From positions 1,240,001 through 1,304,000 of the forward strand of contig MU058000.1 in assembly GCA_013265495.1 (NCBI GenBank): 64,000 bases of DNA. Reading direction: 5' to 3'. Source of the DNA: Vicugna vicugna. Taxonomy: Eukaryota. Positions 38,900 through 51,565 of the stretch are shown one piece after another. Numbering within the stretch: position 1 is the stretch's first letter; each line of letters opens with the position of its first letter. The notes below the pieces were generated by a model, which worked only from the letters and a program-made list of their open reading frames with translations, made no database searches and had not been told where the DNA came from. Made by a program: the position numbers and the translations under genes.

Positions 38900-39570
38900 T
38901 TTATTGAACATTGTTTTCAAGATCTTATACTGTTAAAGTATCTGTGCTATTAGATGGGGATGTACAGAGGATTTGGGAACATAGGCCTTGTAGTTACTAA
39001 TCCCTGTGGGTCTAGGGATAAGGAAGTACTCCCAAAGAAGGTATTCAGATCCATCTTAAGGGATGGAAAGAAATTATCCAGAGAAAATGAGGGGAGATAT
39101 TTTAGGTAAAAGGAATAATATGCACAATTGTAAAAACATATGAGGCATTTAAGTATTTTGTTGGGGTGGGAGTAAAAGTTGTATCCATTATTTTAAAAAG
39201 GCTTATTGTGTGCCAGGCACTGGAGATACAAGCTAAACAAAATAGACATGGCTACTACACACATTAAGATTACCATCTAGAGGGGAAGACAGATATTTTT
39301 CAAACACACAAATAAATATGACACTATGATGTGTGCTAGAAAGGAGAAATAGAAGGTGCAAATGAGAGCCTAGAAGAGGCCAGGCAATGTGGCACAGATA
39401 TTAGGGGAAGTGTTAAGAGAAAGGCTTTGGCAAAAAAAAATTTAAAAAGAGGCTTTGGCAAAATATTTAAAAAGTTTGGAGGTGAATATTGAAAGAAAGA
39501 ACATTCCAAAAAGAAGAAAGATATGTGCAAAGGCCATGGTGGCAGGACATTAGAACAGGTAAGAGAGCTA
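38900..39570 (-). mobile_element. L2 fragments
   Basis: ttattgtgtgccaggcactggagatacaa...atgtgcaaaggccatggtggcagga. Confidence 0.75.
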
Positions 39571-40769
39571 AGTCTAGGGAGGTGGACTTGTACAGACAAG
39601 GTTTTGTACTATTCTGTCATACTGAAATATTGTAAGATTTGGGCCAGATGATTTCTAAGCCCTCTTTCATCTCCATGTGTAATTCCCTGAGTGTCATCCA
39701 TGTCATTTCAGTCAGCATCCTCCTTCCTGCCTTCCTCCATTCTGCAATTATATTTGTTTCAAGCTTTCAAGCTGATGAATGCATTTGGAATGTATGGTAA
39801 ATCTTACGTTCTGTGAGATTCCAGTGGTTTGTCAAAAAAAAAATGTATCTCTGGTGACTTAAAAGAGAAACGAGTCATTTGTTACTGGATTTGTTGTTAA
39901 GGCTTTTCTCTGTAGCTTCACTTTGCTTAGCATCAAGTATAAGAAGGCATGAGTACAGGTTCCAGAGTCCAGATTAGATAATTTCTAGTGTCCATGAAGC
40001 ACTGATGCATCCTAATTGGGTGGATTACTTCAAATGCAGGTTACTCATTACCCAAGGCAAATGAAGTCAACTTCTCCCGTTGTTCCCTTTGTGGGTAGCT
40101 GGTATCATACTTGATTAAGTGATGGCAGCTGAGATGGTGGTCTACCTTCAGTCTAATGGTTTAGTTTCTCTGGTAGAACAGTTATACTTCACTGACAGAA
40201 GTTCTTTCACTTAATGTATTCTTTGTGTCTAAAACTTCCCCTTTATTATAAAAACAAAGAGCTAGTAGAAATATTCCAATGCCCAACCAAGGTGGTCAAA
40301 TCTTAGGTTGGATTTTGTTTCTTTTTAAAGGCAAAGTAAATACTGATTCTAAACATTTTCAAGTTTACTTTGTGTATTCTTCTAGGGGCCAAAAGGGTGG
40401 GCATGAGTGGTTTCATTAATCATCAATATTAATATTGTTTGACAGTGCAATTATAAAAATACTGCATATGATAATGAAAGCAGAGGAAATAATATTTGGT
40501 CCGCTCCCAAGGTCAAATTATTTTTCTTAATTTTATAGGTGAAATGTGTTTTAAATTCTCTCATCTTCCCTAAGATTTTGCTGCTTAATTTATGGATTTA
40601 ATTGTAAAATGGTATTTCCTTGTATTACGGCACTAATTCAACTTGGTCTCAGTTGAACTTCCAGTTGCAATTCAAAATTTCGTGCACGTTTGATGGAAAG
40701 CAAGAGATGCTAATGTGTGAACAATAATGTATTCTTTTATATTCTCTAGTCCTGTGAAACCATTTACAG

Positions 40770-41155
40770 TGCCCCCAGCATGACGGGACTTTTTATGCCT
40801 CTGATTTTGAACCTGCTATTTCTTCTCCCTGCAATGCTTCTTCCCTTGCCTGTTAAGTAGCCACTTATCCTTTAAGACTGAGCTCAGGTGTCATCTCCAC
40901 TGTGAAAACTCTCTGCACTCCCCTTGTCATAGGTATGTGTCCTCTTTCCTGTTTTCAAAGGCTTACATGTGTACTTTATCATTGCACTTAGAGAAATTGT
41001 TCATTCGATAGATACTGTGCTGTATTTACTGTATTAGGCATAGGGATGCTACAGAATTTCCTCAACAGTTTTCTCCCCGGGTCTGTGAACTCCTCAAGGC
41101 AGAGAGTTCTTCCCTGATACTGAGTAGGAACTCAGCTTATGCTTGTTGAATATAG
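40770..41155 (+). mobile_element. L2 3' fragment
   Basis: cctgcaatgcttcttccc...atcctttaagactgagctcaggtgtcatctcc...ctgtgaactcctcaaggcagag...gcttgttgaat. Confidence 0.75.
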
Positions 41156-41164
41156 ACAGCAGTG

Positions 41165-41400
41165 ATAATAAGCGTGGCTAACCTGTATTGAATTACTGTA
41201 TTCATTGAGGATAAGCTCATTACTTTCATCAGTTTATTTAATGCTCACAGCAATCCTTTGATGTAGTTGTCATCATACCCAATTTACTTTAAAATATCGT
41301 AAGACATACCAAGGTTAATTAGTTTGCCCAAGGTCATCCAGCTACCAAGAGAGGAAGCTAAAATTTGACCCCCAGTTCTGTTATTCCCGACGCCATATAA
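41165..41400 (-). mobile_element. MIR SINE
   Basis: tttaatgctcacagcaatcct...ggttaattagtttgcccaaggtcatccagcta. Confidence 0.75.
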
Positions 41401-43269
41401 TCTGCCTCCCACTGATATGATGTATGTTGAAATCATAGAAGCAATTGGGTAGAGAACTAGAATGGAGATTAATTATAACTCACATCTGAATGGTACTTTA
41501 TTATTTACATGGAATTTTACTATGCATTATATCATCCAATTAAAAATTATAACTTTATTATACACATAATACTTTTCCAATTTAAAGAAATTACAAGCCA
41601 ATTATAAATTAACAAAGGGAAATATCCTCCAAATTTTACCACCCAGAGATAACGTTCATCAATGATTTTCATCAATATTTTGTTGTATATTTTCTCTGTC
41701 TCTCTCCCCACTGTGTGTATATGTATTTGTGTGCATTTTGTTTACAATGTTCCCTTAATAATGTTATCAATAAATATCAGTAACTCTTCTTCATGTCTAC
41801 AGTGGTATTTTATGGTATTCCATTTTGGGGTTGTGCCGTTAATTATTTTGTTGGTATTTATGTTGACTCACCCACTCTGGTCCCTGGGATTTTGCTTCCT
41901 TGCAGCGCTGACCCGTTTTATCCCCGGGGGACAGAAACTAGACCACTTGTCCCACATTTAATTATTCTTTGGCTCATTTGCATGTTCCTTTTCTCACTAA
42001 AATACTATTAATATAGTGGTCTATGCTCATTCAGACCGCAGTTCAGTCTTTGTCAGATCCTCTGCTCAGTTCCAGCTGGATTCCTGACTGTCTGCCCTCT
42101 TGTGGGAGCCAGAGTGGGGACATTCCATGATTTCCTCTTTGCTTCTGCACAAGTTACTTGCTGACTTGCATGTGTTTCTTTGACTTCAGTGACTTAACCC
42201 ATTTTATTTTTTGTCTGTTAACTCATTCTTTAATCCACAAAAGAAGTTCTCCTTTTGATGAACTGAGTCCCTCAAAAATTAGGTTGCTTGCAAATTATTG
42301 TTCTTTACCAGCAGTATGAGGTCTGTAGGGCAGACACTGCTGTCATCACTTAGTGACAGATAAGATTATGCAGTCTCAAGAAGATGAAGTGATTTAACCA
42401 TTGACATTGGGTAGCAAGTGGTAGTTTCAGGACCTGATCCAAGTCTCCTAACTCTGAATGTGGATGTCTTAGCTTTAGTCACACTAGCCCTAATGATGAG
42501 CAATATTATTACAAATTTACGGACTGCAAGAACACAGCATGGCTATCATTTTTGCTTACAGAATTACATCATGTTCCCAGTTTCATATTTTAATTGGCTT
42601 GGGAGGTGGTTAACTAATTGTGACTGAGTACAAAAACTGATAAGGGATTTTATACTCCAACTCCTCTGTTAATCAGGTTTCAATTACATTTCATCGCCTG
42701 TCTTCAAGATAAAGTTCAAAGTCCTTGGCATTTTAAGATATTCCTAGACATCTGAGTTCTGTCTATACTTTCCCACTCTATCCATTATTACTTCTTTACA
42801 GAAATACTTTGTCTCATTTAAACTTATCTCTGCATTGTGGTCTGATTGTTTCATGTTTTCTCTGTACTCCAAATTGATCTTTAATCCTCTTTCTTCTATT
42901 TATCTACCAATAAATATGTTAAGTAACATGACTCAGTTCAAGGCAACTGTCACCTCTTCCATGAAGCCTTCTTTAACAGCCAGATAAGTGATCTCTTTTA
43001 TCTCCTTAGAGTCAAAGAGTGTTCGACATCTCTTGAATTATATCTTTATGCCATATGCCCTTGAGTTGGTTATACAAACTTTTGCTATCTCATGATTTCC
43101 ATAGGTTAGAATAATGAGCATCAGTTAGATGGGTTTCCTACAAGGCTGCAACCAGTTGTCAGCTAGGCTGGGTCCTTATCTGGAAATAGACATCATGGGG
43201 CCATCCTAAAGTTTATCTGCCATGGATAGTTTAAAGAATGATATGTGAAATAAATACATAAGTAGTTAG

Positions 43270-44070
43270 AACATTAAGAAAAACTAGGCAAAATAAGGGT
43301 GAATATTTTTCTGTCTTTGAATAGTGAATGACATTTTAAATATGAGTCAAAACAAAATAGATTTAAAAATTTTTTAAATTTCTGATTGTAAAAATAACAA
43401 AAAATTATTTTAAAATATTGAGATGTGATTTCAGCAACTATAAACAAAGTGTGAATATCATGAATGTATATAAATCTCAGACAGATTGATAAGGAAAGCA
43501 GTAGATAATCAATAAACAAATGGAAGGGAACAAGGAGGAAATCTCAAAAGAGAAAATATAAATATGTATAAATGTTTATCTTCATTTGTAATTTAAAAGT
43601 AAAGCAATAGCAATACTGTCAATTATCAAATTAATAAAATAAGTATAAAAGATATGGCAATTGTGCTCTGTTACCACTGCTAAGAGTGGAAAATTAGTAT
43701 AACTCTGGCAAAAACGTGGCATTAATCTGTTTCCAAAGCCTCAAAATTGTATGTATTATTTTACCTAGTAATTCCTCTTCTAGGAGTCTACTATAATGAA
43801 ATAATCAACAATTCAGACAAAGATCTGTGCACAATGATTTTCTCTGAAACACTGTTCATAATGATAAGGCATTGAAAATAATCTAAACATCCATCAAAAT
43901 GGAAAACTATTGAGTAAATTCTGGTTTATCTATAGTATCGAATATTGAGCAGCCATTAAAATGATATTTAAGGTAAATATTTAATGATTTGGAGAAATGC
44001 TTAATTGAATAAGAAAAAGCAGAATACAAAATTACTTATAATATGAAACTAATGTGTAAAATGACTGATT
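43270..44070 (+). mobile_element. Old L1ME-type 3' end (resumes at ~45478-45545 after a younger L1 insertion)
   Basis: cctagtaattcctcttctagga...gcagccattaaaaatga...aaaagcagaatacaaaatt, continuing agaaggaaatgcataaatatgttaacagtggtt. Confidence 0.75.
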
Positions 44071-44129
44071 GATTGATTGACTTTTTTAAAGAGGCCAAGA
44101 TTCTAGATTTCCTTTATGTTCTTATTTTT

Positions 44130-45477
44130 TACATTTTTAAAAATTGAGTTATAGTCATTTTACAATGTTGTGTCAAATTCCAGTGCAGAGCACAATTTTT
44201 CAGTTATACATGAACGTATATATATTCGTTGTCATTTTTTTTTTTGCTGTGAGTTACCATAAGATCTTGTATATATTTCCCTGTGCTATACAGTATAATC
44301 TTGTTTATCTATTCTACATTTTGAAATCCCCAATCTGTCCCTTCCCACGCCTTCCCCCTGGGCAACAACAAGTTTGCATTCTATGTCTATGAGTCTGTTT
44401 CTGTTTTGTATTTTTGTTTTGTTTATTTTTAGATTCCACATATGAACGATCTCATATGGTATTTTTCTTTCTCTTTCTGGCTTACTTCACTGAGAATGAC
44501 ATTTCCCAGGAACATCCATGTTGCTGCAAATGGCGTTATGTTGTCAGTTTTTATGGCTGAATAGTATTCCATTTCATAAATATACCACATCTTCTTTATC
44601 CAGTCATCTGTTGATGGACATTTAGGCTGTTTCCATGTCTTTGCTATTGTAAATAGTGCTGCTATGAACATTGAGGTGCAGGTGTCATTTTGAAGTAGGG
44701 TTCCTTCTGGATGTATGCCTAAGAGTGGTATTCCTGGGTCATACGATAAGTCTATTCCTAGTCTTTTGAGGAATCTCCATACTGTTTTCCACAGTGGCTG
44801 CACCAAACTGCATTCCCACCAGCAGTGTAAGAGGTTTCCCTTTTCTCCACAGCCTCTCCAGCATTTGTCATTTGTGGACTTTTGATTGATGGCCATTCTG
44901 ACTGGTGTGAGGTGATACCTCATTGTAGTCTTGATTTGCATTTCTCTGATAATTCGTGATATTGAGCATTTTTTCATGTGCCTTTTGATCATTTGTATTT
45001 CTTCCTTGGAGAATTGCTTGTTTAGTTCTTTTACCTATTTTTGGATGGGGTTGCTTGTTTCTTTCTTGTTAAGTCATATAAGCTGCTTATATATTCTGGA
45101 GATCAAACCTGTGTCGGTTTCATTTGCAAAAATGTTCTCCCATTCCGTAGGTTGTCGTTTTGTTTTACTTATGGTTTCCTTTGCTGTGCAGAAGCTTGTA
45201 AGTTTCATTAGGTCCCATTTGTTTATTCTTGCTTTTATTTCTATTGCTTGGGTAGACTGCCCTAGGAGAACATTTTCTGAGATGTATGTCAGATAATGTT
45301 TTACCTGTAGTTTCTTCTAGGAGGTTTATTGTATCTTGTCTTACGTTTAAGTCTTTGATCCATTTTGAGTTTATTTTTGTGTATGGTGTAAGGGAGTGTT
45401 CTAGCTTCATTGATTTACATGCTGCTGTCTAGTTTTCCCAACACCATTTGCTGAAGAGACTGTTTTTATTCCATTGT
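44130..45477 (-). mobile_element. Young camelid-type L1, 5'-truncated (~1.35 kb), with an open ORF2 C-terminus
   Basis: ORF 44429-44992 (187 aa) contains the CCHC knuckle [18 protein letters not shown] and ends ...SFICGI*; ORF 45165-45410 [18 protein letters not shown]; 3' UTR attgagttatagtcattttacaatgttgtgtc. Confidence 0.97.
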
Positions 45478-48400
45478 TAAAATGATTTATTATTAGAAGG
45501 AAATGCATAAATATGTTAACAGTGGTTTTCTTGGGATTTGGAATTGTCCCTGTCAGAAAATCGCCTTTGATAAAGAGTTGCCTTATTTTGTAGCCTTTAT
45601 AAAGTTTCTCACATAACACATGTTCTTTCACTTTACTTTTTTTTTAAATAAAGAATTAATGTTAGATAAGCACATTACCCTGAAATCACCTCCATCAAAG
45701 TTAGTTTTGGACACGTGTAGAAGTCACTTGGCAAAATTGGTAGAAATGGACGCAAAGAAATTGACTTCAGTTTCAGTAATTATTCTTGGTCAACTTTTTA
45801 GTGGTCAGGGTAGCATGACATTGTCAACAGTACACGGTGTAAAGAACTCTTTAAAAAATAATAGACTAAGTAAGGCTTAGTATTTTATTTGTTAGCATTG
45901 TGAATGTATTATCTACAAGAGGCAAAAAAGAAGTCCTGATTTATGTGAATGGGTACTTCTAGCTTAGGATAAGATATCCATGGATCATCACAAACAGTTC
46001 AGAATATTTTACCTCAAGCAGCTTACTGGAAATGAAGATGGCATGTGCCAGGACACTCATACCTATGTGAAGAGTTTAGTTAACATTATTATTTCAAAGA
46101 ATATGAGATAGGAAAAAATAGATTTTTCCATGTTTTATATGTGATTTAAATATACATACATAATTAAGACATTAAATGTTATCGGTATACATTTGACCAC
46201 TTGATTTGTATTACTAGTAGGTAAATATCTAGCTTGGCTAAAAATAGCAGTAACAGCATCAAAACTTTGTTTGACTTTCTCATTGTGAAAATGGAGAATT
46301 TCCTAATATTCATGCTCACTTTATATCTATCATACACTGTTTAATATTTTGTATTTTTCTGCAATAAAAAGTATTTTTCTGATAAAAGAATCAACACAAG
46401 TTTTCAGTTGATAATTCAAAAGGGAACTGAAAATTACAAATACTCTAGAGGAGGAAGAATAGCCTCGGTTCCACTTTAAGATTAAACAGGTCTCAAATCC
46501 TTCCTTCATTGGTGGTTTGGAAGTGTGTATAAAAGGCGCAGAAATTCTAGGAAGCCTAAAGTGGTGGAGAAAAGAGAGGAGAAAGAAATATACAGATGGA
46601 GTCCTGTGAATGCTGGAGAAAACCTTTCCATTTTTTATAATTCTTTGTATGGCTCCTGTTGTTTCATTGAAAACTGGTATAACTTTTTTTTCCCCCTCTT
46701 AAACTACAGCCTACCACTCTGAACCTTTTTTTTTATTATCATTATTGTTGTTTCTTAACGCTAAGCTTTGCAAAGAACAGGAGAGAACCCCTTTCTCCAG
46801 AGGGGAGATGGACCCTTACTGGGCACATTCAGTCCTTGATCCTGAGATGAAAGTCAGTCTTTGCATTAACTGAGATAGTGTTGGTAGCCTTTGTGTTGTG
46901 ACCTGCTGCTTTTTGGGTAAACAAAAGTGAGGAAACAGAGGATTCTATGCATCTAGCCTCAGTTTAGCCCCAGGCCTGGCCTTATTTAAAATAAAATAGT
47001 TACAGCTGGAAGAAGAAGGGATGTTTTTCAGTCTTTGAGCCCGAACTTTGGAGTCTAAAACCTGATAAAGAACAATGCATAATTGGAGAAACAGAAGTCA
47101 TATTCTTTGGTCCAATTCTTATTTTCTCCAGGGTTTTCTCTCTGCTTTAAAATAAATGAAGAATGAGGAATTCCTACCTTCAGAAACTATACTAAAGTTG
47201 AGTATTTTAGAAAAACTTCATCAGCCTAAATGATTAAAAAGATTCACTCCTCTCCTCAGCCTTCTTCCTACCTTCCTCCCCCCAAAGAGAGAGGAGTTAG
47301 GCACAGCATGCTGTGATTCTCATTAACTGCCAACTTTTGGTTAAAAAGCAGATGAAAACTTTTGTCAGACTAATAATCTCTTATCCTTGAGTTAGTCATA
47401 CCTTGAACAAACTCCACGTACTATATTATCCACCATCCGTTCACTGGGGGCTTGAACTTCATTATTCTTACTAAGATGTCATCTCCAGAACCTCTCCATT
47501 CATTTACATTTCTCAAAAGATTGCATTAGAAAGCCTGGACCTTGCTAACCAATTACAGAAATTTCTTTCAATATTTTATTGAAAATAATGGCAATTTTAG
47601 CTAATATTTACCAAAAGATATGTATGCCCTGTATGAAAGAAGGGGTTGTTAAGAGCAGATACTTTCAAAGTCTGGAAAGTCTCTTCAAAGTGAATCAATG
47701 TGTCTGTTAACCTTTTGATGATCACTCCATACTATCCATTAAATATGCTATTATAACATATTAATTTAATTGTTAGGAAGGAAAGATCTAGCAATAGACC
47801 TAGAATCCATTTTCTCCTTTTAGGGAGTGATGCCCCAAAGAAGAATGATTATTTGGTCAAATCCTTTGTAAAGCGGCAAACAATGTGGTATTTACTAGCA
47901 GGAGAATCCTCATCTACAGAGTCCTTTTAGAAGGATGTACCCGACCTGCCTAGGACTGGCTATGGCAAATAAATCTAGAATCTACTGATTTATGGAGAAT
48001 GGCTAGCTGGAAAATGTCATATGAGCTATATAACAATTATACTGTACAATGGTAGGGTATTATGACCAAACAGGCTCCTTTTTTTGGTAAAATGCTCCTG
48101 CAGGCATCACTTGGAGACCATATGTTAAATATGAGCTAGAGTGTCCTCATGAGCATTTATGGTCTCAGATTTTTTTCCCTTCCTGCCTGTGAACTCTGAT
48201 TACTTGAATTATTAGTACAGCTTGATATTGGGGAATATCTCTGATTCTTGGGAGCCTGTTTTGACAGACATTTCAATCCCTTGTGCTATCTTGAATGCAG
48301 GCCTATTTTAATACGGGCTTAATACTGGCTTGATAAATAAGTGACACAGTGTTTCTCAGAACCAGGGTCACCCTGAAGACTTATCCAGATTATTTATTTC

Positions 48401-48511
48401 ACTTAGTCTTTAATGGTGGGAAAGTATAGTCCATTGCTAAAAATTCTTACTATTAAATTGAGGCACTGACTTGAAGTTTCAATGTTGGCACAGAACAGTT
48501 GTTTATTTTTA

Positions 48512-48982
48512 TGCTGTTTGGGTTTGGGTTCACCCAGAAGCAGGCCCTGAGGCACAGAGTAGAGAACTAGGAGTTTGTGAGGGGAAAGGAACACCTGTAG
48601 AAAGTGGGGAAGCAATGCCCTGAAGGGGAAGCAGCCAATCAGTGGTGTGCGGTTAAGCCAATTACAGTAGTGGGTGCCCAGGGTTAAATCCCACAGGGAA
48701 GCTATGGAAAATGATGCCAGTCACACACTCAGAATGATCTCATCTGAGACCAAGGGATCTGGGATATTTATACACTGGAATCTGAAGGTCTTTGGTTGAG
48801 TACTACTCTCAGAGCGTACTATTTCCCTGGATCTTCTGGTTTACCAAGCTAGGACAGAACCAGTCTTCTGTGTTTCTGGGAAAATAGACCCCCCAGGTGC
48901 AGTGATACGCATATTGGCAGTTTGGAGTCTCTGGAGCATATGAAAGCTCTGAGGGACAAGAGCCCCAACAGCGTCTGCGCCA
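48512..48982 (-). mobile_element. ERVL solo LTR (LTR16 family)
   Basis: tttgggttcacccagaagcaggccctgag...gcagccaatc...ggatatttatacac. Confidence 0.75.
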
Positions 48983-49047
48983 TCTCTCAAGTCATTTCTT
49001 TGACCATATCTGCTCCATCTGGTTGACCATAATAGAGTCTCTGCACT

Positions 49048-49950
49048 GACTCATTCAACAAATAGTTATTTATTTATCATGAGGATATGACAAGGATGGT
49101 GACAGAAATAGAGAATAAATAAACATATTAACATGATGTGAGGTAAGAAGATGTATTGCTAAGAAAAATAAAATAGAAGGTGGTAGGTTGAAAAATGGCC
49201 TGCAAAGATTTTAACCCTGAGTTCAATTTCTGAAATTGGTCATGTGATGGGGAGGTTATCCTGAATTTTCTGGGTGGACCCTAAATGCCATCACAAGTAT
49301 CCTTATAAGAGAGAAGTCACAGATGGAAACGGAGAAGACTTCACGACAAAATGAGACTGGAGTGATGTAGCCATCGACCAAGGAATGGCAGCAGCCACAA
49401 GAAGCTGGGAGAGGCAAGGGATGGGCTCTCTATCAGGGCCCCTGGAGGGAGCAGTGCCTTGATTTCAGCCCAGAAACTCATTTCAGATTTCTGTCCTCCA
49501 GGGCTTTGAGACAATAAATATCTATTGTTTTAATATAACAAGTTTGTGGTAATTTATAGTAGTTGCATCTGGAAACTAATACACAGTGCAAAAGGGGGAG
49601 CAAGTGACTGGGCTGTTACCATTTCAGAAGGAGTGGTGAGGAATCCTCTCTCTCCTAAGGGTACATTAGAGCTGAAATTTAAATGATGGCAAGAGAATGA
49701 GTCATTTAAGAAAAGGACTTTGTAGGCAGAGAGATAGCAAATGGTGGGAGTAAGCTTGGTGTGTTTGATGAACAGCAAGGAGGGCAGTGAGTCTGGAGCT
49801 GAGGAAGCCAGGGGACATTGTCAGGGGATGGGCTAGAATAGGGAGTGGGGCTCAGTTCATGTTGGGGTCCCCCAGGACTTGGAGGTTTATTCTGGGTAAA
49901 ATGGAAAACATTTGGAAGGTTTAGAAGAAGGGTGAATGGAAGTGACTTTT
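49048..49950 (-). mobile_element. L2 fragment interrupted by an MLT1 LTR
   Basis: actcattcaacaaatagttatt before the LTR; gagctgaaatttaaatga...gtgtttgatgaacagcaaggagggcagtg after it. Confidence 0.75.
49179..49583 (+). mobile_element. MaLR LTR (MLT1C-like)
   Basis: ggtggaccctaaatgccatcacaagtatccttataagag...gaagctgggagaggcaagg...aagtttgtggtaattt...ggaaactaataca. Confidence 0.9.
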
Positions 49951-50751
49951 GAAGCCCTCTGCTCCATCATAAGGCCCTCTGACTCCCTCCATCAGTCATT
50001 AGGTTTCACTTAATTTTCCCCTGGGTTAAACTGGAAGATGCATTTCAAGCCCCTTCAAGTGCTTGAGGCCAAGGAGGTGGGGGGATGTCCTAGCATGAAT
50101 GATCCATAAGCCAAACACACTTCCTTCCTTTATCTTATCTCCTTTGCATTTGTATCTCAACATAGACACTACTTCTTTGTCCAGCTTTTCCACAGCCTGC
50201 TTTCTACTGTCCTTGTCAGGGCCCCAGAAGGGATGTGGGAATGAGTCCTGTCCCCAGATAGATGGGTGAGTGAGCCCATGGATGAGAGTGTAGGGATTAA
50301 ACAAACAAAACAAACAACCATGCATAACTTCCTCCCTTATTTAACCCTTGGTACAGACTCTTTCCTTAAGTGTGTCTGGTGTCTTAAACTGCCTCATAAG
50401 CTGAAGAGCCGTATCTCTGGGCATGACATAGCCCTCACAGGACATAATGCGTTGCCTTATATAGATTAAGTGTTAAATACATATTTATTGAACAATTTGT
50501 TCTTGGCCAGAGTTTGATGGTTAGAGAAAGAAAAAGGACTGAGCTATGAGGTGGAATGAATAAAACCTTCGTTTCCTGCTTCCTCTTATCTGACCCTCTT
50601 CACAAACTCGAATTGTAGGAACTGACTGCATCCTGGATTGTTGAGGCTGAACACCCACCTTCCTCTTTTGCACACATACTCTCCGGAGAGAGTTCTGTGG
50701 GCGCATTTCAGAGGCAGCTGCAGGGGCGGCCTTCTTAGTTTGAGTACCAGC

Positions 50752-50761
50752 GCTGACTCAT
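50752..50761 (-). promoter_or_regulatory. AP-1/ARE (CNC-sMAF-type) motif
   Basis: gctgactcat, i.e. ATGAGTCAGC on -, next to ggggcggcc and ccacccgcc GC-boxes. Confidence 0.35.
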
Positions 50762-51412
50762 TAGCACTGGAAAACCTTAGAATTATGCCACCTCCTCCCC
50801 TCCACCCGCCTCTTCCCACCCAATACCTTTAAAAAGAAGAACATTTAGATGTAGATTATTTTGGAGTCTGTATATATTTTTTATGTTGTAAACATTAGTC
50901 ATTAGTCAAAGATGCTCGATTGTTTGTTACAGATCAGAATGTTATAAGTGGACAAAGAGAGTCGTAGTGGGATGGACTAGTCAGGAAAACCTCAGAGGCA
51001 ATTAATCTATATGACATTTGCTTCTATTCACTTAGGTCCCTGGAGTGGTTTTTCCTTTGGTTTTCTGCTGAGTTGCTTTTAGACTGACGAGAACGCTCAC
51101 CCTTAACTAATATTCAGCTTTTTCATCATGTTTATTTCCAAAGAGGAAAAAATGAGAAACTCCTCTAAGGAATGGGATTGTTACATCTTGCTTTGATAAG
51201 AAGCCTAGCTATTTGAGAAAGCACAACATTTTAGGACATTATCATAGAAACAGAATAGCTTTTAGGAGGAGAATCAGAGTTATCCAGAAGGAAAAGAAAA
51301 TCAGAGAAAGGGAAGAAACTGCAAGCAGAAGGCAAACTTTTTAAAGGCTCCCACTGTGAAAATAAATGACTGCGGTCAAACCAGTTTAAAGCTTTGCCTT
51401 TCATTTTGAAGT

Positions 51413-51565
51413 TTTAGAGCTGGGAGAGATCTTAGAGTTCATTTAGGTCAACCCTTCATTTTACAGATGACAGAGCTGGGACCCAGAGAGGTTAAGTGAT
51501 TTGCCCATGGTCACACAGACAGCGTGGGGCAGAACCATAACTGCATTTCAGATTGTCTGACTCCT
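51413..51565 (-). mobile_element. MIR (MIR3/MIRc-like)
   Basis: ttagagctgggagagatcttagag...cattttacagatga...cccagagaggttaagtgatttgcccatggtcacacag. Confidence 0.85.

Noticed and set aside
44429..44992. Longest ORF in the window (187 aa) as a host gene
   Set aside because: It is the C-terminal CCHC region of L1 ORF2 in a 5'-truncated copy with no promoter or RT domain
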